This document shows, piece by piece, positions 55,801 through 62,300 of a stretch of DNA of 64,000 bases. A program made the translations under genes and the position numbers. Location of the stretch: assembly GCA_000002435.2 (NCBI GenBank), contig CM018793.1; one strand, 5' to 3'. Origin of the DNA: Giardia intestinalis. Lineage: Eukaryota. The notes under the pieces were generated by a model that saw nothing but the letters and a program-made list of their open reading frames with translations, was not told the DNA's origin and searched no databases. Position 1 is the first letter of the stretch. Every line of letters begins with the position of its first letter.

Positions 55801-57519
55801 GATTTTAAGTTATTCTTCACCCTATCAGATAGCAAGGCCAAGTTATCCAATGATCTGTTGTTGAATAGCGTTAAGATATATTGGAGTATGCCTCACAATA
55901 TCAAGCAGAACCTTCTAGCAGTTTATGAGGACCACTTCAAAGACATTTACACCAAGTTTGAAGCTGATGAGATGGTCTACGGATCTATTCTGAACAAGCT
56001 CAGCTACTGGCTCCTCTTTGCATTCTTTGTTCTTAACGAACGCCTGACTGCCTCGTCTAGAATCAATGTACTAAGGTTCTATGATTCATTTCACGAGGTA
56101 AGGAATGTGTTCCTACTTGCAATCCAGTCGCTCAGTCGTCCAAAGGTGGTCACAAAGGGTCCAGGAATCGTTCTCGGCATCCCACTTTTGCGCGCTCTAA
56201 ATGCAAACAAACACTTTCAAGAGCAAGGAGTCAAGCACTATGTTCCCACAGAGATCGAGTGCTGCTCTGTTCTTTCTTTCGAGGGTATATATTACATCTT
56301 TGGAGACCTCTACATGAAATCGGAAATACAAGACCAGTATGATGAGGCGTGCTTCGACGCATTACTACGCAGCATCATTACACCGGAACTCTTTGATTCG
56401 GATAAATACCGAACTCATCCTGTCCATGGGCGATACATGATCAATCTTCAGAGCCTCTTTAATATTTCTCAAAGCTCTAATGCAAACATACTTCGCGATA
56501 TAGAGCACTCGGTCACGTCAATCAACCTTCCAGAATTATGGTCTCTCGATGCGTCCCTCTATGATATACTTGCATACCGAGAACTCTGCCTGTTTCTCCA
56601 ATCCAGTACTTCTTCGCGGCATGCTCCGTTTACAAATACAGGCGGCTATCTGGAAAGCACTCCCCACGGACATCGACTAGTCAGCGCTGTGGTAGAGGAC
56701 CAGTGTACCCAGGTCATTAGCACTGAGGTATACCGCAGGCGACTAGAAAAGGAAGTTCAGGCTAATAGTCCGTTAATGTATATCTATTTGGCAATTGAGC
56801 GAGATGTTGCTATTTTTAATCTTCGCATTCGTGCATTCCTACCAAGCATTCTTCAGCAGTCTAAGAAGTTCAGAACAATTATCAATTACTATACCAGCAT
56901 AGCCACCAAGGGATTTACAACAGCTCTGAATCTTGCGACTTTGCAGTCCCCCGCAACGTTCTTCGATGCACTGCGACTATACTACGGTCACAACCTTAAT
57001 GTGGGCTTTAGTAAGATCATCTTGGATATTGTTCCGAAGGCCTACTATTCTCAGAGTAAGGCAGATGAAGTGCTCATGGCGGAATCTATTGCAGACATGT
57101 CCAGAATAAGACCAGCTCCGTCTCCGCGACGCTATGTGGCAATTGATGAGGAAAATGCAACGCTCAGGATGATCGGCTTAAGTGCCTCTGAAAGTGCTGT
57201 AGATGAGGCCATTAATGCATCGTTGGTTGGGGTAGACAGCACTTTTGTTATCAATGGTGTCTACTTAGGCTGCTTTGGTGAAAGCCCGAGTCCGTATCTG
57301 TCGAGCAGACTCCCAGGTGATCCTTTCTCTGCGTCCCCCCTCTGTCTTTCTGTGCGAGGACGCGCCGTCCAACCGGGTGAGACAGCCCCTCTACTTATGT
57401 TTGCACACTCGTGGCCACGCGGGGACCCTGTTTGCAGTACGGCTGATTTTACAGGAACGTTGGATGAATGTAACAAGCACCTCGGTCTATATATGCGAAA
57501 CTACCAACATGACAAGTGA
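40801..57519 (+). CDS. Dynein heavy chain, highly divergent and unusually long (5572 aa)
   Basis: First in-frame ATG at 40801 (the track start 40756 is TTG inside repeat C). AAA1 matches dynein: GGYIKGETGKTEAVKHIAYCLGYKPYIINPTYTV / GLLICFEDVEKF versus GPAGTGKTETTKDLGRALG...VFNC / GAWGCFDEFNRI. Further P-loops sit at dynein-like spacing: AAA2 GNHLSGKTSF, AAA3 GNTCSGKSSFVRNL, AAA4 GMDGTGRSTCLRQAADNL (compare GVGGSGKQSLTRLAA). A coiled-coil stalk follows (...KALEQKIEEIGAQLKEAILRQAEASQMVAQAAEKVAYANKQIHD...), then ~1500 aa more (AAA5/6 and C-terminal region). Confidence 0.8.
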   Translation: MQMHQARHPPAILPDIACVSDQAPIGVSSQAAYNTDSMNVDIPTSLQPGKQLHIAKHNSVLHANIALITMMLQEAGASPEFIQELTRLKLPHARREPFIETHIDGAMTSISSILPRPSVFGYSLEFYDKYDDLLQLSNRVLSGEILHATMYKRDISSDSSHIDLSNYAVYEDYSLFLKHLETTYAIENVCVIGFNESERKFLVAPESIFGDGSNPPSGETLRGSSYLCARLMLKFSTTDHPLDRDSIFFKRLFEAHRLKATVERSYILHTFITALIKSIQYIDSFSRGELGRSITNIPLLPIIKALRLSPALIARTGCEVQIIRGISPGPEFFEDLLIKYFAKNVTIQQILKNNVFYPLLDSLLTDAEVDYKRVHILNSLGRCRLQNADLDRFLLKYGIDRQLTDCEYFLKCYNHKHVYPVLQHSTSRGGVINMRTVLVGTFPITERQVHYSENQSAHQELAFNSTSDTQATLESIACHKEAFMKARLHLEKHHYFYSTSLQGAMFRFRLDCTDFFGSNLVLFHPIVLGSSACDFVRHVLASGALDSTQKSSFYSKILDISVSDKHCLRKQDHEIADLYQNFLEEQKTFHEDLQATHSQEHVNFRRFGDGILYSDGRYEYYVGRQRILLPESITSGDYVSCIRNIAEHQQAIFRQRGENVLSISLIHSATDIDTHIYRGESFSFFRGWKSQCLFDSLNSFVTTIYETIDAIFLPRLAQYLFPLMALQEVERRHASRICDEIFTQALTETIDHTYDLFLEALKDKRRTPDLSFMNPDGFINISLTQQKQQGGCGNTLQHANVPPADTLPNTYMDSSIATSKLQASMPPIQLSDLEVVGKDIIIRKGNRAFLDPRNNTLTRLVKAILFEIEKLANRGMSLLEYGVFNYENWPKDALLKSSTPTFLYNSKEKIKELILNMIHLGLHSAGTLPKYLLEVPVTYPMDSVPLVEVVVQLAVNPVSSDYSESIGLYACAYEETSKAVSKWYQQNLYQLDLLFEQVAISSFLKESEIEDQQQASPTELPEKYTVLECYKDKYTTTGYGTNRYLRNDTAFQVFEKNPEPDHSRTDLSVTSVTQTTCPSDNLQSTMAELLEETIITANDCFVSVTDSTLPHFTLEPSKSEFMTKLSGLFDCYDTFASQFVSFYDSISVDPERKRLKPPEYAYGFRYVKEKRHTCLDYTEYCYQLAEVVLEICNIICSAIFNRTLDAKLKMWADIISNAMDLPYYNLYHSTSETSIEDFDYVPLRPVGVTSSSSNVVDKKDHQFEEVDLDIIREITSPLQIQELSRKVRKGQIDVTDNFLHKIKAYYYTSEYWATVKSTFDDRMSINAFLSLVGKKSEATMKRTEVQELISTEVVKAIIYYRSMQILVQEHLFPDTIRYGFICITTTPAKQAMEHRISAILCALGSIVTARAWTLIEYSNKILQAIQIQCSYTPSVPVEWYMLRRFVKFYIKPLQHLIHDLNNEAVSYLNNILTVLPLKELAHIKPQFDLRIHLEDPENWAAVIKRLSDPAAGVPDESRYESDVISMARTTQFSWIFNRFIGLRMHTDAIYHPYKLASHLYSSRSPFGLNKLITQSLIPSTEGIISQSKYDLLMNLEAHREDLTKRQSDLLERVEAFSKRIPAHFNFNEASQDVSYKFFKDGEALQAELANLQQESLNFINDEISLELAPGTFPVIDLLQPRIDMIHRFWTITYEHCTILPVWFDCLLSDLAAKYSGRLNEFKETVFNKYVQVADVLSLIQTAARKEKSKTMLASLANGEKILLKVQSHLAWFKHYSPVIVALLSPALKRRHLDQLRTKGIFLNLAEHTVSKLVERKVFLDLSEPSIQDKGFSHRAKLILEVIEHAQKEHDIELSFGKIEAIWKTVSFEFKVLSGDRYKSYSALYSTHRADVHNVPAVHPLSIAKAKVLDEHGRELCLNLSTSGSNDRVHSQLDLEKRPYVISNLGFILQLYQDHFLLTNKLLQSQHVTPMQRVIQQFTEKQLIVKEILLLIQDIQDSWLRLYPIYVGKYTEFFGHRATEFINLTICMQTVFLGFINNCNVQGNITIAGNLNQVDKQIELGLRDGTIKFSEVPPNQLLTPLLFYYKAFLDHLNARMYSLVDTKRQGFFRFTFMNTNEIVKILSALPGSADAVLTPLLHLYSLSDYSIEKHNEQLLLTTVFSKSGETIRLADPVDVTKEVDVWLTTFDDVFRKTMRKLFYDLYVDVFVDKMEPSVAFLKYPSCTVGLFLRVEFTHQMDAIFAQTVSELDTHHMILSLLDDINHRIVFFKQQFLACSNKLLYNNILVELMYFSNIVSTICKHPLARDKRFIYYRIYKYRIVPLADDAISLLTKTLSALGDSSINSLGSTSPDQDLLLSTKVIHRDMNPSDFDVQISCLGNSMLYRFDYIPPTTRSIVTEPVDQAATFIFSAFASRSVGGYIKGETGKTEAVKHIAYCLGYKPYIINPTYTVHFSETTLHHMMLTACAFGLLICFEDVEKFTSSLLITLSRNLGQVYGILNSYTSIQTLANCASLLHDSSNHMKIALPAENPVGEVFLHPSAIFFLTTNTPLPHSFNRVVKPFKCHLTESAIYHIIRTYMDIAGLTEIESVTSQLMHIMGAIKRLFAPFFGLRHIKDIISEMLLLSQYTGRPIKKAFAEQPAASHSDNSNVTNERANTGRAEPTLEQREPIISASKLVNLAIRTVVSPLLAPAHRVPFYNMLDAEFGAIALPPITETLLDAVREIYMDPAFCQSVYRETGLVCPCSDLDIYAQSILYTNSSVYQAAQTEFITDIKSFIEVIDHNYGTVVVGNHLSGKTSFITICSQVYAKLCDYVVNLRFINFSSISYHEFFGYYSFSDWIDGIIARLVSRAELHGSNEVSWIICDGVGKMDHLGSILNGTMFLPNGEILRLPSNMKFIFEVTNLMLVPEIFSAKCGLYQLGRHDYTEGYLRKLAYSPIVTGESTLNPLEMRLHAALQESLGEIPRPRGITLYTEESLDGSEEFDSSLKPCASEIILTRLRQLVPLVNLIGQAIMYNAVPGKVYRFYNINLTHQHSGNCLFTFTSLPCILDMYYKVLISSLVTWARLTTQPERLTELVDICTVYSIYNSFGLVLVTVEARQWFDWFVRLVFKLVSDHSRSLTESEVIFIQRHIKEIFSDDIISTLRSLSKSDSFKPKLTSIVCNSLQLPSTINMPTSTDVLEEYIFRIPLHQLFFEMLFDPKQFCFVSSYDVLSLGAPEYLSKVYSLKYNTYEVKPSSGALRYYILATMLLTCGYTLTILGNTCSGKSSFVRNLFMMNPFHFRNDFHILHISSLSEQNDPDVATVNIKKLVKSKLNMYTSSFYAPYPGACTYLIFEDAEVMPAAWLEVAREYQQNQSIYDNRTYTILKDVVFLFVTKFSNDFRIDERYLKTSFFLPFYDVTADEMRQIISFKMKLPDPRLTEKLVLCSYDLLHEVNAYLIGGYSTTTGTTCLTTTATFAPLVSSRGSCDPAPLVTLEVLLNISDQIAKFIKQLPKDIDQMTIVKLWIHETFREFTDSRSRVFYRTFTSIIYTLVQKHFDSEVASRLIVPLDDQHAEIFDILMNKLKAKSRTLSTTGSFMLNDPVSLKGHNPIGLPAIQEISTSDEAGSENEHDDLEQTDENNSHFVPLNPDASDFNTNNRLQLEKRHVSALPMFTYTFNASAIRQGYQDESIEDFASRASLLDEQHAHEDSGDLPALVSLLRYTEVTMNDMSKAIEDADNDDHEVEAPANGKGEILIHHAKRNSCFVTSTQTLLSVQRISRIIGTRSCAIIGMDGTGRSTCLRQAADNLRMVIIEFDPLVSTWTNFIINALTRSVFMERLVIQLNQEDLDSPEILEDLEMYFSTGLVHRIVDTDEKITSLADYIKEMHMDLYGTLIEAAHTGANDLLIMYRRILAERVRFSLILKEDYYHMLATAYPVFFKNLGVLMFDYLDNSTMAVIVTKLIPDLKPEKFLLDHVISKLHHIGYVAMLASKGKNRGCNFTKLFVNLTLAYFSHHNSYKEKLAEKRNLCSMSLELYNIMGVMLDVTSKKEVGTKEQSKALEQKIEEIGAQLKEAILRQAEASQMVAQAAEKVAYANKQIHDCSLKVDSILKPYMGSVELSHQYLLKLSAKELGAFKTLTRPNEVTQLIFKVIYLLMENTIPEGATLYSYWIPCRKIVAANDFIDRAINLDTAALKSDIVDEILSSITSSSFTADAASKTSATMGNLMAWCSSVCKLVAAQKEAAPLQSQLDQLRQNGADAVSSQQVLKSQQELADKTVVQLRDSITRCKLEIETLGKTGEIISERTRRINLFLGAFADLKKHWETVTEDKDYMRTTIGDSLLICSLINYTGSMSLLAKLDFLLKCKQILSANGIAYTGSEIDIEKGHTYDMSDPEVVASQVLGLKRLLITEEEEMQLVCRGLRADDNMIISAQTIDFVVNDFQCYPLIHDPHEFLLPWLSAFSTNSLRAKHLLAGLASAAIDGKIGDQESIPETVFLNSSSRDFFVNLRAHLVKGSVVIVQLAPSFDQARISGIAELLSHMTDTHTKIVFYNTQKANDSFQTLFSKNKAIRDYIYTVDITSYDQRNYILLRLSSICNPEIDSSMVKLCGEYLSLYTSRDQVVAPRLYQMIKHVHTSMKDPAIGELILDDVQYFDKMLSSLEQYQIQSSNLAKLMRRVQEKEVQRQEYSILASCASHLRNITDRLTDRALFYQYNFEKVFGLIESTANQYMEQHSTQLVPPEAAEVLIYEAIYLLIAPSLHTNEKLLFELNMALVKELEGKLSGLRHDISSNDVLKIIIKSGSLLDLALDAGENLPPNKSLKITDSALQAISRLEDGSAFGPYLSGICKHIHDHPDAWDKALDTIRAIGNTDLEAYNPDVIRCFPSYSVTAKTMPLAIWLVITYHLDKSKFIAVAKSYIINVLPFAKTNRIKDHIIDLRLNGERDWKPYLLLQTDPQMILDIEHLARARNIHITMLLEKQKLIELCTTRTWVLLPDIQFHDDHELRCLILMELPAIHASGGMHRDFKLFFTLSDSKAKLSNDLLLNSVKIYWSMPHNIKQNLLAVYEDHFKDIYTKFEADEMVYGSILNKLSYWLLFAFFVLNERLTASSRINVLRFYDSFHEVRNVFLLAIQSLSRPKVVTKGPGIVLGIPLLRALNANKHFQEQGVKHYVPTEIECCSVLSFEGIYYIFGDLYMKSEIQDQYDEACFDALLRSIITPELFDSDKYRTHPVHGRYMINLQSLFNISQSSNANILRDIEHSVTSINLPELWSLDASLYDILAYRELCLFLQSSTSSRHAPFTNTGGYLESTPHGHRLVSAVVEDQCTQVISTEVYRRRLEKEVQANSPLMYIYLAIERDVAIFNLRIRAFLPSILQQSKKFRTIINYYTSIATKGFTTALNLATLQSPATFFDALRLYYGHNLNVGFSKIILDIVPKAYYSQSKADEVLMAESIADMSRIRPAPSPRRYVAIDEENATLRMIGLSASESAVDEAINASLVGVDSTFVINGVYLGCFGESPSPYLSSRLPGDPFSASPLCLSVRGRAVQPGETAPLLMFAHSWPRGDPVCSTADFTGTLDECNKHLGLYMRNYQHDK

Positions 57520-57575
57520 ACTTGTAGTGTACAGCTGTCCAATCAACCGGGAAGAATTTACCAAAGCATGTTGCA

Positions 57576-58475
57576 CTAGATATCGTCTCCATCCAAACCT
57601 TCTTCGTCACCGTCTTCCTCATCCTCATCATCCACTTTGTAGGCAAGAAGGAACGCAAGGCTTCCGCCTCCTTCATTTCTGATGCGGAAACAGAGACGCA
57701 TGGGCGAGTTATCACTGAGTTCAAGAAGGACCTTATCACTGAGGGGGGCAGCTTTAGCGAAATTAGAAATATACGTGAGCGGATACTTCTTATTGACCTC
57801 ATTTTTCACCCGAATCTCCACCTCTCCATAGCCTTCTCCGTCGCCATCATCAGGATCATCGGCTGCGTCCTCTTCTTTGGTACGAACGTACCCAGACATA
57901 CCCAGCGTAATTACACACTTGGTGTCCTCGCCCATGACCTCAAAGCTGACGGTAGTATCTGCGCTCTTTGTGAATATCCTACACGTCTTTCCGATACCCA
58001 TCAGGTCTCTGACCATTCCTGCAAAGCGTCCACTGTCTATGGATACGGTAGAGTCAAACTCAGGACGGATGACATCTATCTGGTCTGCATCAGAGCGAAA
58101 GAGGCGCAAAGAAAAGTTCATCGTCTGACTATACTTTCGTGACTCCACAAGGATATCGAGCTGATCGGAGCTGTTACTGCGTTGAGAGAGAGTCACTAGG
58201 TCATCGTTGGAGCAAAACTTAATCACCTTCAAGAAGCTTGCTGTACGAACACCCAGCGAGCACGCCCTTTCACAGCGGAAGTTCTTAAAGAACTGGGTAG
58301 GGAGGTGTAGAGATATCAAGGCAATGCGGCCATTGTCAATGGTCTCGATGGAAAGGCCATGGTCTGTAATTGAGACGGGTGTGTCCTTCACAAGGGGAAC
58401 TAGAGTCTCAAAGATCTTCTTGAGGGTTCCGGCGTCACGAAAGGTCAGCTCGAAGTTCAGCGCGTTTGAAGCCAT
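57576..58475 (-). CDS. PCNA: Proliferating cell nuclear antigen (PCNA) with acidic insertion and acidic C-terminal tail
   Basis: 299 aa, ATG at 58473-58475 preceded by caaaattcgaattttaagccATG. It aligns along its whole length to PCNA: [32 protein letters not shown] ~ [47 protein letters not shown] ~ [46 protein letters not shown] ~ [33 protein letters not shown]. Extra acidic stretches are [18 protein letters not shown] and a C-terminal [18 protein letters not shown]. Confidence 0.85.
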   Translation of the reverse strand: [299 protein letters not shown]

Positions 58476-58612
58476 GGCTTAAAATTCGAATTTTGACCAC
58501 GCTCGATAGCCTTGACGCCCAGATCAACCGACACTGTAGAGACGTAAAAAACAGATATCGACCCCCAGAAATCACAAACCGATATCCACTATTTACATAA
58601 ACCAAAGACCGA

Positions 58613-59248
58613 CTATAAGGTACCAAAGATACGGTCACCGGCATCCCCGAGCCCCGGCACAATGTAGCCCTTCTCGTTGAGGTGGCTATCCTTCTGTGCA
58701 CAAAACACCTCTATGTCTGGATACGCCTTGCGAAGATTGTCGATGCCCTCTGGGGCTGCAATGATGACCATGACCTTAATGGACGAAAGAGGACAGTTGT
58801 ACTTCTTAACAAGGGTATCGATAGTTGCGATGACCGATCCTGCTGTGGCAAGCATAGGATCGACTATGTAGATGGACCTCTCGGCCATGTCAACGGGCAT
58901 CTTGCAGAAGTATGTCACCGGCTGCAGGGTATCGTGGTCCCTGTAAAGCCCCATGTGTCCAACCTTCGCGGCGGGCAGGATCTCCAGAAGCCCATCGACC
59001 ATGCCGAGGCCTGCTCTCAGAATGGGAACGACCGCTGCCTTCTTCCCGCGGAGGCGCTTGCCGACGGTTGTGCAGAGGGGCGTGGCGATCTCGTAGTCCT
59101 CCAGCTCGAGGCTGCGGGTGGCCTCGTACATCATGAGGAGGCCGATCTCCCTGAGGAGCTCCCGGAACTCCTTCGGGCCGGTTGTGACGCTGCGGAGGAG
59201 CCCGACCTTGTGTTGGATGAGCGGGTGGTCGAAGATAGTGAGGCCCAT
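58613..59248 (-). CDS. UPRT: Uracil phosphoribosyltransferase
   Basis: 211 aa. MGLTIFDHPLIQHKVGLLR...PILRAGLGM...YIVDPMLATAGS (PRPP-binding)...YIVPGLGDAGDRIFGT carries all the hallmark UPRT (upp family) motifs. ATG at 59246-59248. Confidence 0.9.
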   Translation of the reverse strand: MGLTIFDHPLIQHKVGLLRSVTTGPKEFRELLREIGLLMMYEATRSLELEDYEIATPLCTTVGKRLRGKKAAVVPILRAGLGMVDGLLEILPAAKVGHMGLYRDHDTLQPVTYFCKMPVDMAERSIYIVDPMLATAGSVIATIDTLVKKYNCPLSSIKVMVIIAAPEGIDNLRKAYPDIEVFCAQKDSHLNEKGYIVPGLGDAGDRIFGTL

Positions 59249-59312
59249 TTTTTCCCCTACAAACTATCAACACACTCTCTCTCGTGCATTCTCTTTCGTG
59301 GTGCCTTGGCGG

Positions 59313-59384
59313 TCCGGTGTGGTATAACGGCTAGCATGACTGGTTTTCACCCAGTAGATCCGGGTTCGATTCCCGGCATCGGAG
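59313..59384 (+). tRNA. tRNA-Glu (anticodon UUC)
   Basis: Hand-folded. Acceptor stem TCCGGTG/CATCGGA has 7 bp with one G-U. U8 is present. Anticodon stem ACTGG/CCAGT. Anticodon loop TTTTCAC carries U33, anticodon TTC and A37. Variable loop is 4 nt. T-arm is CCGGG-TTCGATT-CCCGG. Discriminator is G. Overall close to yeast tRNA-Glu (TCCGATATAGTGTAACGGCTA...TTTCAC...GGTTCGACTCC...TATCGGAG). The D-stem is weak (2 W-C/wobble plus 1 mismatch). No encoded CCA. It lies 64 bp upstream of the UPRT ATG on the opposite strand and 4 bp from the stop of the triple-RING gene. Confidence 0.7.
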
Positions 59385-59388
59385 CTCT

Positions 59389-62300
59389 TTACTTTCCCGC
59401 CCTGCACCGGACCCGCGCAAGCTGCTCCCGGCAGACCGCCCCGCTGAAGAAGATGGCCGGAGGATGGTAGTCCCCAAGGTCTGCCGGGCGGCACGATGGA
59501 ATCCTTGCTCCAGGTCCCAGCTGCCGCGCAGACTTCGCCAGTTCGAGGTCGCGCACGTCGTCCCGCTCCAGAGAAACAATGATCTGCATCTCTATGGCGC
59601 GATTTTGCTCATATCTCTCCTTCTCTTCTTTGGCCCTGAGCTCTGCTAAGCACCATCTTCGTTGTATTTCAAACTTCGGCATTGGTCCAACCAATTGTAA
59701 CGAGAGAAGATGGCTCGGAGGCACTCTGGTCTCTACTCCTGTTTCGAAGGTAACCGTAACAGTCTTTGAATCATAATCACAAATAAGCCCAAATAGACCT
59801 CTACGAAGAGGAGAAAAAGGATCTGCTATTAAATCAAGGTCTTCCGGGGGCCAATAAACACAGGCAGAGCCTATAAGCTGGTCTCTGAGCGCTATTTGTG
59901 AGGCGAACAAACAAGAAAGAGAAGAGCCTGGCAGCGAGGCGATTGACATTTGTTGCTTTGGTAGAACAGTTTGCAGCTCTGAAACGCGAACCGTGATTGT
60001 ACCTTCTACAAATCGTACCGCTGCATAATCAGTACCGATATGATGCAGAGTACTCAGCACTATTCCCATTCCATTTTTGCGAACCTCTGGGCGAATCACA
60101 AACATCCCCTTGTCGATTTGTTCACCATGTAAGTAGCGAGGCACATACGCAGCTGTTTGCTGGAAGGACGAGATATCGAGAAATAGATCGTGAACCGACA
60201 GAACGTTAGTGTCACATACAAGGCACCCCATGCGGCCCACATAATAAGTTACTGCGCATGATCTGCAGACTAAGTGCCCGCATCGTAAGCGACAAGGATG
60301 TCGCACAACCTGACTGCATGCACTGCAGAGGAAATCCCGAGCCCCTGTTCTGAAAAGCACCTTAAGCACTGAGGCAAATGTTGAAATAGTGGCTTCCATC
60401 TGCGGATTGCTTCGCATCAGTTTGATAACTCGCTGCTCCTCCTTTCGTAGCTCTGCCAGTTTATTCTTAGCTGCAGTGTTTGCAAGCAGAGTATCCTTAT
60501 GCTCAATCAGATGCACACTAAATGGATGGGTCAAAGGCTTGATTGGGACGGCTAGCTTTGCACCGTTATTTATTTGGGCTTGGTAGCGTTGTCTTTCAAA
60601 AGCCTGCAGCGGCTTTTTCGTGTGTGATCTCGGCACTATTGATGATGCTCTTACTTTCTTGTTATCTTCATGCTCTATAACCTTCTCGATGTGTGGAGCA
60701 TTTGGTTTGGAGTCCTTCCATGCATTAGCGCAGATACCTTCTGCTGCTTGTCGTCGCTGAACATGAAGATCATCCTTCACAAAACCAATGTGGTTCTCCT
60801 CCATGTAACGCTCACGATATTGCCTAGTTACCAACTCTTTTTCTGTTTTCATCTTAATCTCCTTAATATACCTTAAAAGATAGCTAAATAATGTAATGAT
60901 TCGGGAAAAATCCGGTACAAGACGGATGCTCGTGATAAGAAATGGATTTGTCATGTTTTGGAGAGGAGCGAAGAATGGTCCATTCCGCATAAGAACCATG
61001 GCTCGAGACTTGTTAAATATTTTGACCAATGCATGAGTAAAGAAATTGTTGGGGCATTCATCGAAGAAGTCACAAGGTGGCTCCAAATTATCAGTAAGGT
61101 CTTTGCCAGTTGAAATGTTTGGACTAGTGTATACACCTATATGGCTCTGGAACAGCGTACTCGCCAAAAGCACACCTGAATTACCTCGTAGTGCTGGTCT
61201 AAATTCTCGAAGATCAAGCGGAGTAAGATCTCCCACAGATACTGTAACTATAGTGTCTGGATCTGTCAGGACTCTAACAGTATTGTAAGAAGGATCGTCA
61301 TAGATCATTCCTATAGTATTGACAGCCAAGTTTATGCGCACAGGTTGCCACTTATCTAGGAGAGCCTTGTGTAGGGGAAACAGTGAATTTATCGCATCTA
61401 ATAAGGGGCTATTTATAGGTACAAATCTAGATGTCCTTACGAATGGGTATAGCGTGTTATCTGTGGCCTCATCCGTGGGACAATGTGAAGCAGAGGAAAA
61501 AGAAGTGTCGAGATCCAAATCACAGAGGGAAAGACGCACACCACATCCTAAGCAGGGCCAAGACATCTTCAAACTATCCAGGGCACAATTGTAGCAATAG
61601 AAGTGACCACACTTGAGCTTCACCGGGAGTCTGAGGAGTTGTTTGCATCCTACGCAGCAAAAGTCGCGAAGCTTGTTCCAAAAGGCCAAATTGGTGACGA
61701 TTGATAAGTACGGGCAGATGTTTGTGACCCTTTCTTGACCGTTAGGACCCTGAAGCTCCACAGAGCGTGTAGCAGCATTTTCAGCCATTAAAAGACGATA
61801 GTTTGAAGAGCTTTCCGGGCGCTCGAAATAGTCAGGAAATTCGGACGGTGAAAAGAACTTTGCATGTGACAATGAGCATATATAATCATTCTCATCGAAA
61901 TCCAGATTTTTCCTAGCCTCCTCTGCTAAATCAGTGACAACAACCTGAAGTTGCTGCAGTTCTTCGAAATGCTCTGCATATCTCTCCTGAGAACCTCTGG
62001 AGATCTTGGTTAAAAAATTATCTGCATACGCAAGCGGATCCCTTGCCAGGTGGTTGGTAGTCATGCATAGTTCATAGTTGTATATTTCATTTGCAAACAT
62101 GCACAGCTCGTTCTTCGCAAAAGGTGCTTGGTCTTCTGATGATGCTGCAGCGGATGTAGAGGTGACTTCAGATCTTCGTATAAACCTGGCTTTTTCTAAA
62201 GTACGCTCTAAAGAAAAACACTCTATCTTGTTCTTAGTAGCCTGCTTATCAAATAATTTTAGATTGAGTTTGCGAGAGTCTATAACAATAGACCCTCGCG

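Noticed and set aside
40801-57519. Functional 'cilium/cytoskeleton cluster' (dynein heavy chain, CCP tubulin deglutamylase, coiled-coil protein, NEK)
   Set aside because: Gene adjacency in Giardia is not evidence of co-function, since there are no operons. These families are so abundant in Giardia that chance co-occurrence in 64 kb is expected.
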